A stretch of 32,000 nt of DNA from Edaphobacter aggregans (lineage in GTDB: Bacteria; Acidobacteriota; Terriglobia; Terriglobales; Acidobacteriaceae), in NCBI RefSeq assembly GCF_003945235.1, contig NZ_RSDW01000001.1, positions 1,200,001 to 1,232,000 of the forward strand, given 5' to 3'. Every line of letters starts with the position of its first letter. The stretch's first letter is position 1. Shown here piece after piece: positions 8,749 to 19,700 of this stretch. The notes beneath the pieces were generated by a model, which was given only the letters and a program-made list of their open reading frames with translations, did no database searches and had not been told where the DNA came from. Made by a program: the position numbers and the translations under genes.

Positions 8749-9510
8749 ATGTTTGATCTCACGGCCAAGGTGGCAGTTGTTGTCGGGGGAACATCCGGCC
8801 TCGGCAAGGCCATTGCTCTTGGTCTGGCCGCGGCTGGCGCCGACGTCATTGCCTCCTCGCGGTCTCAGGCCCCTGTTGAAGAAATGGCGTTGGAGATCGA
8901 AGCCGCGGGAAGACGAACGCTGCGGCTGGCATCGGACGTCACCGACCGGCAATCTTTGGAGGCACTCCACGACCAAGTCATCGATACGTTTGGGGCAGTC
9001 CATATTCTGGTCAATGCGGCCGGTATTACAAAACGCATCGAAACTCTCGACTGCCCGGAAGACCTATGGAACAGCATCATGAACGTCAATCTCAAAGGGA
9101 CGCTCCGAGGGTGCCAGATCTTCGGAAAGACGATGCTGGCACAGAAGTATGGCCGCATCATCAATATTGCGTCGCTCTCTACCTATGTTGCTTTCAATGG
9201 AGTCGCAGCCTATTGCGCCAGTAAGGCCGCGGTCGGAGCCCTGACGCGATCGCTCGCGGTGGAGTGGGGTGACCAGGGAGTCTGTGTGAATGCCATCGCT
9301 CCTGGGATATTCCCTACTGAGTTGAATCGCGTTCTTCTCGACTCCCCTCGTGGTCATGAACTTCTGTTGCGTACACCGATGCATCGTTTCGGCAACGTGG
9401 AGGAGGTCGTGGGAGCCGCCATCTATCTTGCTTCCTGCCAGAGTTCTTTCACGAATGGCGAAATCCTAACCATCGACGGAGGATATATGGCAAGCGGCGT
9501 GAATCAATAA
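8749..9510 (+). CDS. Short-chain dehydrogenase/reductase (gluconate-5-dehydrogenase / KduD / SDR-type mannonate oxidoreductase-like)
   Basis: Classical SDR motifs are present: GGTSGLGKA (TGxxxGxG), VNAAG, and catalytic S…YCASK. The ORF track starts at a TTG (8725). I prefer the ATG at 8749 (MFDLTAKVAVVVGG…), which gives the usual short N-terminus. Confidence 0.88.
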   Translation: MFDLTAKVAVVVGGTSGLGKAIALGLAAAGADVIASSRSQAPVEEMALEIEAAGRRTLRLASDVTDRQSLEALHDQVIDTFGAVHILVNAAGITKRIETLDCPEDLWNSIMNVNLKGTLRGCQIFGKTMLAQKYGRIINIASLSTYVAFNGVAAYCASKAAVGALTRSLAVEWGDQGVCVNAIAPGIFPTELNRVLLDSPRGHELLLRTPMHRFGNVEEVVGAAIYLASCQSSFTNGEILTIDGGYMASGVNQ

Positions 9511-9596
9511 CTTTAAGCGACGAGAGCCTTCTTATCCGGAGACAAAATCCTTTCAAGATTCAGCAGACATCACGTCCTCAACTTTATTTGATACGA

Positions 9597-9608
9597 GAAA
9601 TAATGATC
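9597..9608 (-). promoter_or_regulatory. ATTATTTC motif copy upstream of the GH3 promoter
   Basis: The plus strand reads GAAATAATGATC. It has the same orientation as the copy at 9659-9672 and lies 62 bp from it, so the two bracket the predicted -35 box. Confidence 0.2.
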
Positions 9609-9639
9609 ATCTCATCGTCACATCTCTTTGACCGGAAAC

Positions 9640-9668
9640 TTGACACTGTTGATTGGATGAAATAATTT
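9640..9668 (+). promoter_or_regulatory. Putative sigma-70-type promoter of the GH3-GH67-manD transcription unit
   Basis: A perfect TTGACA (9640-9645), a 17-nt spacer, then TAATTT (9663-9668). The GTG start at 9724 is preceded by AAAGGA. Confidence 0.35.
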
Positions 9669-9672
9669 CGCG
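9659..9672 (-). promoter_or_regulatory. Candidate operator GAAATAATTTCGCG overlapping the -10 element of the GH3 promoter
   Basis: The reverse complement CGCGAAATTATTTC matches 8081-8094. Its position over the -10 box fits a repressor site. Confidence 0.25.
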
Positions 9673-9723
9673 TCGCATATTCTTTTTTGGCATTTACAGC
9701 TTCCTTACCGAAAGGACCTTCAC

Positions 9724-12405
9724 GTGGTCAAGTTCCGATTCTCTGGTTCCGTCGCATTATGTTTCGCAGCTGCGCTGTTGATCTCACCTTCGTTGATGCC
9801 GGCGCAGTCAGGCCAGCTTTTTCTAGATCCATCGCAGCCGACGGACAAGCGGGTCGACGATCTCGTTTCACGCATGACCCTCGAGGAGAAGATCACTCAG
9901 ATGGTCAACACCTCGCCAGCTATCCCGCGCCTTGGCGTACCGGCGTATGACTGGTGGAACGAGGGGCTGCACGGCGTGGCACGGTCAGGGTACGCTACCA
10001 TGTTCCCGCAGGCGATCGGCATGGCCGCCACGTGGGACACCCCGCTAGTCGGCCATATCGGCGAGACCATTTCGACCGAGGCGCGTGCCAAGTACAACGA
10101 GGCCGTTCGACATGATATTCACTCGATCTACTACGGCCTGACCATCTGGTCGCCCAACATCAACATCTTCCGCGATCCGCGCTGGGGGCGTGGGCAGGAG
10201 ACATACGGCGAAGACCCGTTCCTCACAAGCCACCTTGGCGTCTCCTTCGTCAAAGGCCTGCAGGGCACCAACCCGGATTTCTACAAGGTCATCGCCACGC
10301 CGAAACACTTCGCCGTGCATAGCGGCCCAGAGTCCGATCGTCACCGCTTCGACGCTACCCCAACGGCCCATGATCTTTGGGACACCTATCTGCCCGCTTT
10401 CCGCGCGACCATCGTCGATGCTAAAGCCGGCTCCATCATGTGTGCCTACAACGCCATCGACGGCTTCCCTTCGTGTGCCAACCATGAACTGCTCGATCAA
10501 ATCCTACGGACGGATTGGAGCTTCCAAGGCTTCGTCACATCTGATTGCGGCGCCGTCGATGACTTCTTCGAAGCGAAGGCCCACCACACATCGGCCGACA
10601 AGGCGACCGCGGCAGCCGACGGCATTAAGTCAGGAACAGATACCAATTGCGGCAAAACATATCTTGCGCTCGGCGAAGCTGTGAAGAGGGGCCTTGTCAC
10701 CGAGGCTCAGATCGACGTTTCCCTCAAGCGCCTCTTCAGAGCTCGTTTCCAGCTCGGTCTATTTGATCCTCCGGCTCGGGTGAGTTACAACAATATCCCC
10801 TTTTCAGTTGTAGGTTCGCCAGAGCACCACGCGCTTGCACTGGAGACTGCACGCAAGTCCATGGTGCTTCTCAAGAATGAAGGCGGCGCGCTTCCCCTGA
10901 AGCGCACCCTCCGTACGATCGCCGTCATCGGCCCAAACGCAGCATCGCTCTCGGCGCTTGAGGGCAACTACAACGCTGTCCCACGCAACCCTGTCCTGCC
11001 GGTAGATGGCATCGCCGCTGAGTTCCCGGAAGCCAAGGTGCTGTACGCGCAGGGCGCTCCGTATGCAGAGGGCGTGGCAGTTCCTGTGCCCCGTACGTTG
11101 CTGCACCCATCCAACCAGCCAACGATCGAGGGGCTCACCGGAGAGTACTTCGACGGCGGCAACTTTGACGCGAAACCCGTCTTCAGCCGTGTCGATAAGC
11201 AGATCGACTTCGATTGGAACTCTGCCAGCCCTGTCCCCGGTGTTGCGCAGAACGCCTTTGCCGTTCGCTGGACCGGCACTATTACTCCTCCCGCGCCGGG
11301 CACGTACAGCTTTGCGATGCGGCTCGCCCACTGCTATCCCTGCGGAGATCACGAGCGCTTCTCGGTTTATGTCGACGGAAAACCGATTGCAGGATTTGCC
11401 TCGCCCGCTAATGCCGAATCCCGCGAGAGCGGCACTCCGCGCTTCACAGTCAACTTTCCTGATGGCAACCCACGCGAGATTCGTGTCGAATACACGCACA
11501 CGGCCAAGCTCTTCGGCGCAGGCATCTCCATGGAGTGGGTGCCCGAACCCGAACCGCTGCGTAACGAGGCCGTCGCCATCGCGCAGAAGGCCGACGTCAT
11601 CCTCGCCTTTGTTGGCCTCTCGCCTGAACTCGAAGGCGAAGAGATGCCGATCAAGGTGGAGGGCTTCGCAGGCGGGGACCGTACCGACATCAAACTCCCC
11701 GGTGCGCAGCAGCAGATGCTAGAGGCTCTGGCGGCAACGGGCAAACCCATCGTCGTCATTCTGATGAATGGTAGCGCGCTGGCCACGCAATGGGCGCAAG
11801 CGCATGTTGGTGCAATCCTCGAAGCCTGGTATCCCGGAGAGGCGGGAGCACAGGCAATCGCCGAGACGCTCAGCGGCAAGAACAACCCCGGCGGACGTCT
11901 CCCAATCACGTTCTACGAGTCGCTCGATCAGCTGCCGGCATTCAGTGACTACTCCATGGCCAACCGCACGTATCGTTATTTCAAAGGAACGCCGCTCTAT
12001 GGATTTGGATACGGACTCAGCTACACCACCTTCCAATACTCTGGCCTGAAGCTTTCGAACAGCCACCTTCATGCTGGAGATACGCTCACCATCGAAGCCG
12101 ATGTGCAGAACGTGGGCGCTCACGCGGGAGACGAGGTTGCAGAGCTTTATCTGACACCACCGCAGACCGAGGTCTCGCCCAAGTTCGCTCTCAGCGGTTT
12201 CACCCGCGTCCACATTGCTCCAGGGCAGAAGCAGCACATTCAGTTCACTCTCGATCCTCGGACGCTCTCACAGGTCGATGCGAAGGGTGTCCGCGCCGTT
12301 ACTCCAGGCAGCTACAAACTTTCTCTGGGTGGCGGTCAGCCGACTGAGGCCAAGGACCTGAGTGTCGATTTCACCATTGAGGGAACGCAGGAGTTACCGC
12401 GCTAA
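9724..12405 (+). CDS. bglX: Glycoside hydrolase family 3 beta-glucosidase/beta-xylosidase with inserted PA14 domain, secreted
   Basis: 893 aa with a signal peptide. GH3 motifs: YDWWNEGLHGV, NINIFRDPRWGRGQETYGEDP, KHFAVHSGPE, and the nucleophile region GFVTSDCGAV. A PA14-like insert spans about 11128-11546 (EGLTGEYFDGGNFDAKPVFSRVDKQIDFDWN…VRWTGTI…GTYSF). An Fn3-like C-terminus follows. The stop overlaps the next start (TAATG). Confidence 0.92.
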   Translation: MVKFRFSGSVALCFAAALLISPSLMPAQSGQLFLDPSQPTDKRVDDLVSRMTLEEKITQMVNTSPAIPRLGVPAYDWWNEGLHGVARSGYATMFPQAIGMAATWDTPLVGHIGETISTEARAKYNEAVRHDIHSIYYGLTIWSPNINIFRDPRWGRGQETYGEDPFLTSHLGVSFVKGLQGTNPDFYKVIATPKHFAVHSGPESDRHRFDATPTAHDLWDTYLPAFRATIVDAKAGSIMCAYNAIDGFPSCANHELLDQILRTDWSFQGFVTSDCGAVDDFFEAKAHHTSADKATAAADGIKSGTDTNCGKTYLALGEAVKRGLVTEAQIDVSLKRLFRARFQLGLFDPPARVSYNNIPFSVVGSPEHHALALETARKSMVLLKNEGGALPLKRTLRTIAVIGPNAASLSALEGNYNAVPRNPVLPVDGIAAEFPEAKVLYAQGAPYAEGVAVPVPRTLLHPSNQPTIEGLTGEYFDGGNFDAKPVFSRVDKQIDFDWNSASPVPGVAQNAFAVRWTGTITPPAPGTYSFAMRLAHCYPCGDHERFSVYVDGKPIAGFASPANAESRESGTPRFTVNFPDGNPREIRVEYTHTAKLFGAGISMEWVPEPEPLRNEAVAIAQKADVILAFVGLSPELEGEEMPIKVEGFAGGDRTDIKLPGAQQQMLEALAATGKPIVVILMNGSALATQWAQAHVGAILEAWYPGEAGAQAIAETLSGKNNPGGRLPITFYESLDQLPAFSDYSMANRTYRYFKGTPLYGFGYGLSYTTFQYSGLKLSNSHLHAGDTLTIEADVQNVGAHAGDEVAELYLTPPQTEVSPKFALSGFTRVHIAPGQKQHIQFTLDPRTLSQVDAKGVRAVTPGSYKLSLGGGQPTEAKDLSVDFTIEGTQELPR

Positions 12406-14936
12406 TGCGACCCCGTTCTCTGCTCCTGTTTCTGGCATGGGCTATACCTTATGCAGCCCATGCTGAAACAGGCGCGGAGGCGTGGCTTCGCTATGAACGC
12501 GTAGCCGATCCTGCAGCCTTGCAGCGCTATCATGAGCTTCCTAGCCGCATCGTTCAGCTAGGGGAAAATCCAATCGCCACGAATGCCGCCGTTGAACTTG
12601 CACGCGGACTGTCCGGTGAACTCGGACTTCAGACACAGCAAGCGACTACTTATGGAACGGAGGATGCCTTTGTTCTGGGCACTCCTGCCGAGCTCACGAA
12701 CCTACTCCCCGGCGAATCTCAGCGACAATTGCCTCCCGAGGGCTTCCGCATCGCTCGCGAACGAATGGGCAAACATACTCTATGGATCATCGAAGGCGGA
12801 ACGCCGCCTGCAGAGCTGTTCGCCGTCTTTCGCCTGCTTGAAAAGATCGCAACGCTCAATCCGCAACTCGAGTCCACCGAAGCTCCATCAGCGCCCGTCC
12901 GCTGGGTCAACCAATGGGACAATCCCGACGGCAGCATTGAGCGCGGATACGCTGGCCGCTCCATCTTCTTCGACGCCAGCCACGTCCGCAGCGACCTGAC
13001 CCGCGCCGCAGAGTACGCTCGCCTTCTCGCCTCTGTTGGCATCAACGGCTGCACGGTCAACAACGTTAACTCCGATCTCCGTACACTCACACCAGAGATG
13101 CTGCACGAGTTCGCACGCATCGCCGATGCCTTCCGTCCGTGGGGAGTGCGTCTCTCGCTCTCAGTTGATCTCTCAAGTCCGCAGGTTGTCGGCCATCTTC
13201 CCACGTTCGATCCCCTTGATCCGACGGTAGCCACCTGGTGGCAGAAAAAAGTCGAGGAGATCTATACCCTCATCCCCGACTTCGGCGGCTTTGTTGTCAA
13301 AGCGGACTCCGAAGGACGAGCCGGCCCATCGCAGTATGGACGAACGCCATCACAGGCGGCCAACGTCCTTGCCCGCGCACTTCAGCCTCATCACGGCGTT
13401 GTTCTGTATCGCGGCTTTGTCTACAACCATCACCTGGACTGGCAGGACTTGAAGGCCGACCGCGCCCGGGCAGGTTACGATAACTTTGCCTCGCTCGACG
13501 GTACCTTTGAACCCAACGTTATCATCCAGGTCAAACACGGTCCCATCGACTTCCAGATACGCGAGCCCGTATCGCCTCTCTTCGCTGCGCTGCAACACAC
13601 ATCGCAGGCCATCGAGGTACAGACCACACAGGAGTACACCGGTCAGCAGCGCCATATGGTCTTCCTAATTCCGATGTGGAAGACCGCTCTCGACACCGAC
13701 CTTCGAGCGCAGAATCGCAGCACCCCTGTAAAGGAAATCGTCACCGGCAAAAGCTTCCATCAACCTCTAGGAGGCTTCGTATCGGTCGTCAATGTTGGCC
13801 TCGACGCCAATTGGCTCCATCATCCCATGGCCATGGCGAACCTCTACGGCTTCGGCCGCCTCGCATGGAATCCTGACCTGACGTCCGAGCAGATCATCAA
13901 TGAGTGGACACGCCTGACCTTCGGAAACAATCCCAAGGTCGTCGACACGGTGAACCATCTACAACTCGACTCATGGAAGGTCTACGAACAATACACCGGC
14001 CCGCTGGGCATAGGCACCCTCACCGACATCATCGGCGTTCACTACGGTCCTGGGATCGAGTCCGCTGAACGCAACGGCTGGGGTCAATGGCTTCGTGCGG
14101 ACCACAATGGTGCCGGCATGGATCGTACGGTAGCCACTGGTACCGGCTTTATCGGTCAATACCCACCTGAACTCGCACGCGTCTACGAATCACTCACCAC
14201 CTGTCCCGACGAGCTTCTTCTATTCATGCACCACGTACACTATACGCACGAGTTGCATACAGGAAAGACCGTAATCCAGCACATCTACGACTCGCATTAC
14301 GAGGGCGCCGCAACAGCCGCAACCTACGCCCCACGGTGGGAGAGCCTCCACGGCCTCGTCGACAATCAGCGTTTTGGTGAGACCCTGAAGCTCTTTCAGT
14401 ATCAAGCCGGTCATGCAATGGTGTGGCGCGACGCCGTTAGCGAGTGGTTCTTTCACCTCTCCGGCATTCCCGACGCCCAAGGGCGCGTTGGCCACCACTC
14501 CAACCGCATCGAGGCAGAGGCAATAACCTCGACCGGCTATACCGTCACCGATGTGCATCCGTGGGAGACAGCCTCTGGCGGCAAGGCGGTAATCTGCAAA
14601 GGCCCCGAGCCATGCATCCTGACCACAAAGCTCAACTTCCCTGCCGGACAATACGACATCGCTGTCCAATACTTCGATCTGCGCGGAGGAGTCTCGCACT
14701 ACGATCTCCTGCTCAACGACAAGCCCATCGCCCACTGGGCTGCAGACGACACGCTTCCGCCCGCAGTCAATGATCGCAATCTCGACGGGCACACGAGCAC
14801 ACGCTTTACTGCGCCATCGGTTACCCTCGCGCCAGGAGACACGCTGACCCTCCGCGGCACACCCGGCGGAGACGAAGCAGCTCCCGTCGACTACATCGAA
14901 ATCACGCCTGTCACCAAGGAAACTCCCAAGCCATGA
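12405..14936 (+). CDS. aguA: Glycoside hydrolase family 67 alpha-glucuronidase with ~144-aa C-terminal CBM6/35-like extension
   Basis: 843 aa with a signal peptide followed by [10 protein letters not shown]67 motifs: [27 protein letters not shown], and [12 protein letters not shown]. The C-terminal tail (14502-14933) carries IEAE…ASGGKAV…AGQYD…DYIEI, a carbohydrate-binding-module-like pattern. Confidence 0.92.
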   Translation: MRPRSLLLFLAWAIPYAAHAETGAEAWLRYERVADPAALQRYHELPSRIVQLGENPIATNAAVELARGLSGELGLQTQQATTYGTEDAFVLGTPAELTNLLPGESQRQLPPEGFRIARERMGKHTLWIIEGGTPPAELFAVFRLLEKIATLNPQLESTEAPSAPVRWVNQWDNPDGSIERGYAGRSIFFDASHVRSDLTRAAEYARLLASVGINGCTVNNVNSDLRTLTPEMLHEFARIADAFRPWGVRLSLSVDLSSPQVVGHLPTFDPLDPTVATWWQKKVEEIYTLIPDFGGFVVKADSEGRAGPSQYGRTPSQAANVLARALQPHHGVVLYRGFVYNHHLDWQDLKADRARAGYDNFASLDGTFEPNVIIQVKHGPIDFQIREPVSPLFAALQHTSQAIEVQTTQEYTGQQRHMVFLIPMWKTALDTDLRAQNRSTPVKEIVTGKSFHQPLGGFVSVVNVGLDANWLHHPMAMANLYGFGRLAWNPDLTSEQIINEWTRLTFGNNPKVVDTVNHLQLDSWKVYEQYTGPLGIGTLTDIIGVHYGPGIESAERNGWGQWLRADHNGAGMDRTVATGTGFIGQYPPELARVYESLTTCPDELLLFMHHVHYTHELHTGKTVIQHIYDSHYEGAATAATYAPRWESLHGLVDNQRFGETLKLFQYQAGHAMVWRDAVSEWFFHLSGIPDAQGRVGHHSNRIEAEAITSTGYTVTDVHPWETASGGKAVICKGPEPCILTTKLNFPAGQYDIAVQYFDLRGGVSHYDLLLNDKPIAHWAADDTLPPAVNDRNLDGHTSTRFTAPSVTLAPGDTLTLRGTPGGDEAAPVDYIEITPVTKETPKP

Positions 14937-16141
14937 AGATCACCGCCGCACGTCTCATCGTCTGCTCGCCGGACCGCAACTTCGTCACCCTCCGCATCGA
15001 GACGGACGAGGGCATCTACGGACTCGGAGATGCGACCCTGAATGGCCGCGAGCTCGCTGTCTCCGCTTATCTCGAAGAGCACGTGCTGCCTTGCCTAATC
15101 GGACGCGACCCCTTCCAGACCGAGGACATCTGGCAGTATCTCTACCGAGGAGCGTACTGGCGTCGCGGGCCTGTGACCATGACAGCCATCGCAGCCGTAG
15201 ACGTAGCGCTCTGGGACATCAAAGGCAAAGCGCTCAACACGCCACTCTACAACTTGCTCGGCGGCCGCTCCCGAGATGGCGTCCTCGTCTACACTCACGC
15301 AAATGGTCGCGACATCCCTGAAACACTAGACTCGGTCCGCAAGCACATGGACGAGGGCTACCTCGCCGTTCGCGCGCAAGCCGGCGTCCCTGGAGTCGCA
15401 TCCAGCTATGGTGTGCCAAAAGGCGGCAAGCCTTACGAACCAGCCGAACGCGGCCTCCCATCCGAGAGCCTCTGGTCGACGGAAAAATATCTCAACTTCG
15501 TCCCTTCGCTCTTCGAAAAACTCCGCGTTGAACTCGGCTCCGACGTCCATCTACTCCACGACGTTCACCACCGCCTTACTCCCATCGAAGCCGCACGCCT
15601 CGGCAAAGCACTCGAGCCTTACCACCTCTTCTGGATGGAAGACCCCTGCCCCGCCGAACTCCAGGAGGGGTTCGAACTAATCCGCCGCCACACCACCACT
15701 CCCATCGCCACAGGAGAAGTCTTCAATTCAGTGTGGGACGCCCACGACCTCATTCGCCATCAGTGGATCGATTACATTCGCATGACGATCGTGCACGGCG
15801 GCGGAATTACACACGCAAAAAAGACGGCAGACTTCGCTGCCCTCTATCATGTCCGTACCGGCTACCACGGCGCCACCGACCTTTCGCCGATCACGATGGC
15901 GGCCGCACTCCACCTCGGCCTAGCGATCCACAACTTCGGTATTCAGGAGCACATGCACCACAGCGCACTCACCGACGAGGTCTTCCCACATCACTATCGA
16001 TTCGAAGCCGGCTACATGCACCCCGGCGATGCGCCTGGCCTCGGAGTCGAAATCAACGAGACGCTCGCCGCGAAGCACCCCTATCAACGCGCCTACCTTC
16101 CAGTAGCCCGCAAGCTCGATGGGACCCTCACGGATTGGTAA
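14933..16141 (+). CDS. manD: D-mannonate dehydratase of the enolase superfamily (ManD subgroup)
   Basis: 402 aa. The N-terminus [43 protein letters not shown]…[17 protein letters not shown]…ALWDIKGK…LLGGRSRDG is nearly diagnostic of ManD-type enolase-superfamily dehydratases. An ATGA overlap links it to the GH67 stop. Confidence 0.9.
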   Translation: MKITAARLIVCSPDRNFVTLRIETDEGIYGLGDATLNGRELAVSAYLEEHVLPCLIGRDPFQTEDIWQYLYRGAYWRRGPVTMTAIAAVDVALWDIKGKALNTPLYNLLGGRSRDGVLVYTHANGRDIPETLDSVRKHMDEGYLAVRAQAGVPGVASSYGVPKGGKPYEPAERGLPSESLWSTEKYLNFVPSLFEKLRVELGSDVHLLHDVHHRLTPIEAARLGKALEPYHLFWMEDPCPAELQEGFELIRRHTTTPIATGEVFNSVWDAHDLIRHQWIDYIRMTIVHGGGITHAKKTADFAALYHVRTGYHGATDLSPITMAAALHLGLAIHNFGIQEHMHHSALTDEVFPHHYRFEAGYMHPGDAPGLGVEINETLAAKHPYQRAYLPVARKLDGTLTDW

Positions 16142-16177
16142 ACGCTGAGTCTCTTCCGCAAGGGAAATTCAGCAGGT

Positions 16178-16618
16178 TTACTTAGCAGCATGCAGTGATG
16201 AGGCAATCTCTCGCGCCTGTTCAACGGTACCGTTCTGATACATCACTTCAACAATGCAGACCTTTGAGCTGCTGATCGGTACGATCCGATAGACGTCCGG
16301 CTTCCCGGTAATGGATTGCCCCTCCATCACGAATTCCGTAGGCGAATTCACCGTCACCTTGCTGTTTTTGTAAACGGTCTGCGCCGACTGTTTCGCCTCG
16401 GCATAAGAGTCAATCATCTTGGGCGAACTCACTGCCATCGAAACCTTATGATCCGGAGCGTCGGCCGAACCACCGATATCGCCCGGAACCCAGTTGGCAG
16501 GCACAGAGACCTGGCAGCTTCCATCCCTGCTCTTGATCGTCTGCTTATCTGCAGCCATCGTAAAAGAACTGGCAGCCAGAGCTACTCCAATCACCGCAAC
16601 AACATTCCTGGTATTCAT
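16178..16618 (-). CDS. Small secreted protein of unknown function (PsbP/DcrB-like pattern)
   Basis: 146 aa with a signal peptide (VIGVALAASSFTMA/AD). It has a beta-rich body containing the 'SCQVSVPANWVP' pattern and two Cys residues. A GGAGGG ribosome-binding site precedes the ATG. It lies 128 nt downstream of, and co-directional with, the large operon. Confidence 0.65.
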   Translation of the reverse strand: MNTRNVVAVIGVALAASSFTMAADKQTIKSRDGSCQVSVPANWVPGDIGGSADAPDHKVSMAVSSPKMIDSYAEAKQSAQTVYKNSKVTVNSPTEFVMEGQSITGKPDVYRIVPISSSKVCIVEVMYQNGTVEQAREIASSLHAAK

Positions 16619-16746
16619 CGATCCCTCCGCTGGTTGCCTTCGGAAATCAAACAGGCAACTTCTTCCTCGCGAATTAATCGCTCAGGCGCTTGCATGCGGA
16701 ATAAATTTGTCTCATTTTTTTGAACGGGTGGACGAGGCCCCCGAAA

Positions 16747-19700
16747 CTACTGCGTCCTGCCTAGCCGACGATAATACTCAGCCACCGCATCCTGATACCC
16801 CGGCGGCACGGTCGGCGACTTACTCGTCCGCACCTGTCCTGGCTGCGGATCATCTGTATTGCGGCGCAGCTGCAGCTCCAGCTTGTCGACGTCGTTCAAC
16901 ACCTGCGTATGCAGTTGTTCCACCATCTCGGGATTCCCCGGAAAGCGACTCGGATCCAACCGCTGCATCTCCTTCACCAGGTCCTGAATCTCGCGAAGCG
17001 CAGCCGGATCATTCTTAGCTAACTGACGCAGGTGGTTCAGCTCCTGCAACCCCTGATTGATCACTAGCTCCGAGTCTGGAGGAACCGCACCATTGTTCTG
17101 TCCAGTCTGGCGTCGCTGCGTCTGATCGAACTTATTGTCCCCCGTATTCACGTTGTAAGTAACAATCCCTCCGCCACCACCACGGGGTTCATAGTTCCCT
17201 ATATCTCCACTCTCCCCACTTTGGGGATCACCACTGCGTATCCCCGGCTGACCACCACCGCGAAGATCGCCCCCCCGCTGGCCCCCACCCTGTTGCCCTC
17301 CACCCTGCGCATCGCCACGCGCTCCTCCCTGACCCTGTTGACCTCCCTGTCCGCCTTGTCCCGACTGCTGCCCGCGCTGACCTTGTTGCGTTCCCTGGCC
17401 CTGACGCTGGCCTCCCTGTCCGCGCCCAGACGACAAACTCTGTATCTCACTGCGCAACCGCTCCACGTGATCAAGCGCCGCCGCCTGCGTGCCCTGCCCT
17501 GCCTTACTTTGGCCATCACGCTCTGCGCCCATGCCCTGCTGCGCCTGCCGGACTTCATCGCTCAACTTTCTAAGTCCAGACGCAATCTCCTCCTCGGTTC
17601 CGTTCGTGTTCGGATTGATCCCTCTCCGCAGCCAGTCCGCCGTTCGCTGCACACGATTCCCCAAATCCGACTGATCCATCTCGCCCAAAGCATCGCGCAG
17701 CTTCGACGACGTGCCTGGCTGGTTAGGCGCCAGCTCACGCGCCGTATCTCGCAAACCCTTCTCCAGATGCGAGAGATCGTCCGACAGCTGCTGCCGATCA
17801 GACGCCAACTTATTACGCTGCTGCGCTCGCGCGGCCATGTCCTCTGGAGTGGGCTCGTTATTCTCATCCTGCTTACCCGCCAGCGAGCGAATCCGATCCG
17901 CCTGCGCAGCCTGCTCCTTCGCAAGCCGCCCCGCCTCGCGCGACAACGAATCCAACTTGCCGGAAGCCTGCTCCTTCTGCGCTCCCCCTAACAAATTCGT
18001 TGCCTCACGAAGATGCTCCGCCGCCCGCCGAGCCTGCTCAGAGCCTTGCTGGCCTTGCGGCTGACCATTCTGAGGCTGACCGCCCGCGCGGCTCATTGCC
18101 TCATTCGCAGCCCGCAGACGATTCAAGGCTTGCTGCACTCGTGGATCAACACCACCGTCCTTCGAATCCGAATTCGCACCACCTTGCAATCTACCCTGCG
18201 CCTGTTGCGACTGACTCTGCTTCCCTTGGCCAGCCTTTCCCTGTCCTGAACTCCCGTCCGCGCTCTGTTGCCCACCCTGCTGCCCCTGCATCTGCTCCAT
18301 CTCGCGCTGCAACTGTTCTGCCTCACGCCGCAACATCTCCTGCTGCCAACGCTGCTGGAAGGTCTGCGCCTTATTCTGCTCTTGTTGAGCCAACTCTTCC
18401 TGCCGACGAGCCAACGCATCCAACTTCTCCAGGGCCTCATCCACCTTCTTCGCTTGTTCCTCCGCAGGCGAGCCTGTCTGTGCCGTCTCGTACTGATTCT
18501 TCTCCGTATCCAATTCCAGATCGAACAGGCTAGCCAGGTCGCGCCCAGCACCGCCGCCTCCTCCACCACCGCCACCGCGCTGGCCAAACGCAACCTGAAT
18601 CTGTCGGAACGTCGCCTCCGCTCGCAACAGTGCTTGCAGCGCTTTCTGTTCATTCGGCATCGCATCGCGCCACGCAAGCTGCTTCAACTTTTCCGCCGAA
18701 GGAGTCATCGCCGCAGCAGCAGCCTGCATGTCCTTCTCAAAGCTGTTGAACTCTTCATTCGCCGCCTCAAGGTCCCTGCTCTGCATCCTCCCCGACAAAG
18801 CCATCACCTGCTCTCTCAACTTCACTTGCGCCTCCGAGAGCACCTTCCCCATATCCTCCGCCTGCTTTGCCGTCGACGCCTTGTCGTTCAACTGCTTCCA
18901 CGTCGCCGCAATCAGTTCTTTCTCCCTGCGCGAAATATCGGTCTGGTTACCCTGTCCTTGCCCACCTCCACCACCGCCACCTCCACCCATCTGCTGCGAC
19001 TGCGAGAACTCCCGCTCGAACGGATCCGCCTGAATGAAGCTGATGTCTGTGCGTGACTCCGCATGAGCGTCTTTCGCCGTGGCATACAAACTCACCACAT
19101 CGCCTGGCACAAGCTTGAAGTCCTCCAAGCTCAACGTCGTCGATCCTTTAGAACTCTTCGCGCCGTCCTCCTTCAGCAGATTCACCGTCTGCTCCGGCCC
19201 CCCGTTGACGGAGTAATGCAAGGTCATCTGATGAAGCCCAAACTCCGCGCCGGCCCTCACTCCAACCGTCACCTCTTCAATCGGACTCGCCCGATAATCC
19301 TGTCCCGGCCGATCGATAGCAATCTCTGGCGGATTCGCCTTGCTGGTCGAGATGAAGTAGTCCTCCGACAGCCTCACCTGCTGACCTTGATCAATTCCCG
19401 CCACATGGTACGCTCCATCCTTCTCCATATGGATCGTGCCCCGATACCGATTGCCTTCGCCCCCCGTCAGATGCAGCGGCTGCCCGCTGTCCATCACAAG
19501 CACGCCATCCTTCAAAGGCGCATCCATCACCACTGTCAGCTCCGCATCCGTACCCTCCAGCGCACGCAGATCGCCGCTATGCTCCTCCGACACCTGCTGC
19601 AAGCCCGTCCACTTCGGATAGTGATACGTCACCTCGATCTGTTTCACCGCGGGCAGATCCACAACGCGGAAATTAAAGTGCTTCGAACGAACCGGCCCGG

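Noticed and set aside
16142-16177. The short convergent gap between manD and the small secreted protein gene, considered as a bidirectional terminator.
   Set aside because: Only a 4-5 bp imperfect stem (TTCC-GCAA-GGGA) can be drawn, and there is no T-tract on either strand. This is too weak to call.
18549-18987. C-rich/G-rich runs encoding poly-glycine, considered as possible slipped-strand phase-variation tracts.
   Set aside because: The runs are built from mixed GGT/GGA/GGC/GGG codons (e.g. ccacctccaccaccgccacctccaccc). They are neither homopolymers nor perfect short tandem repeats, so slippage-based switching is unlikely.
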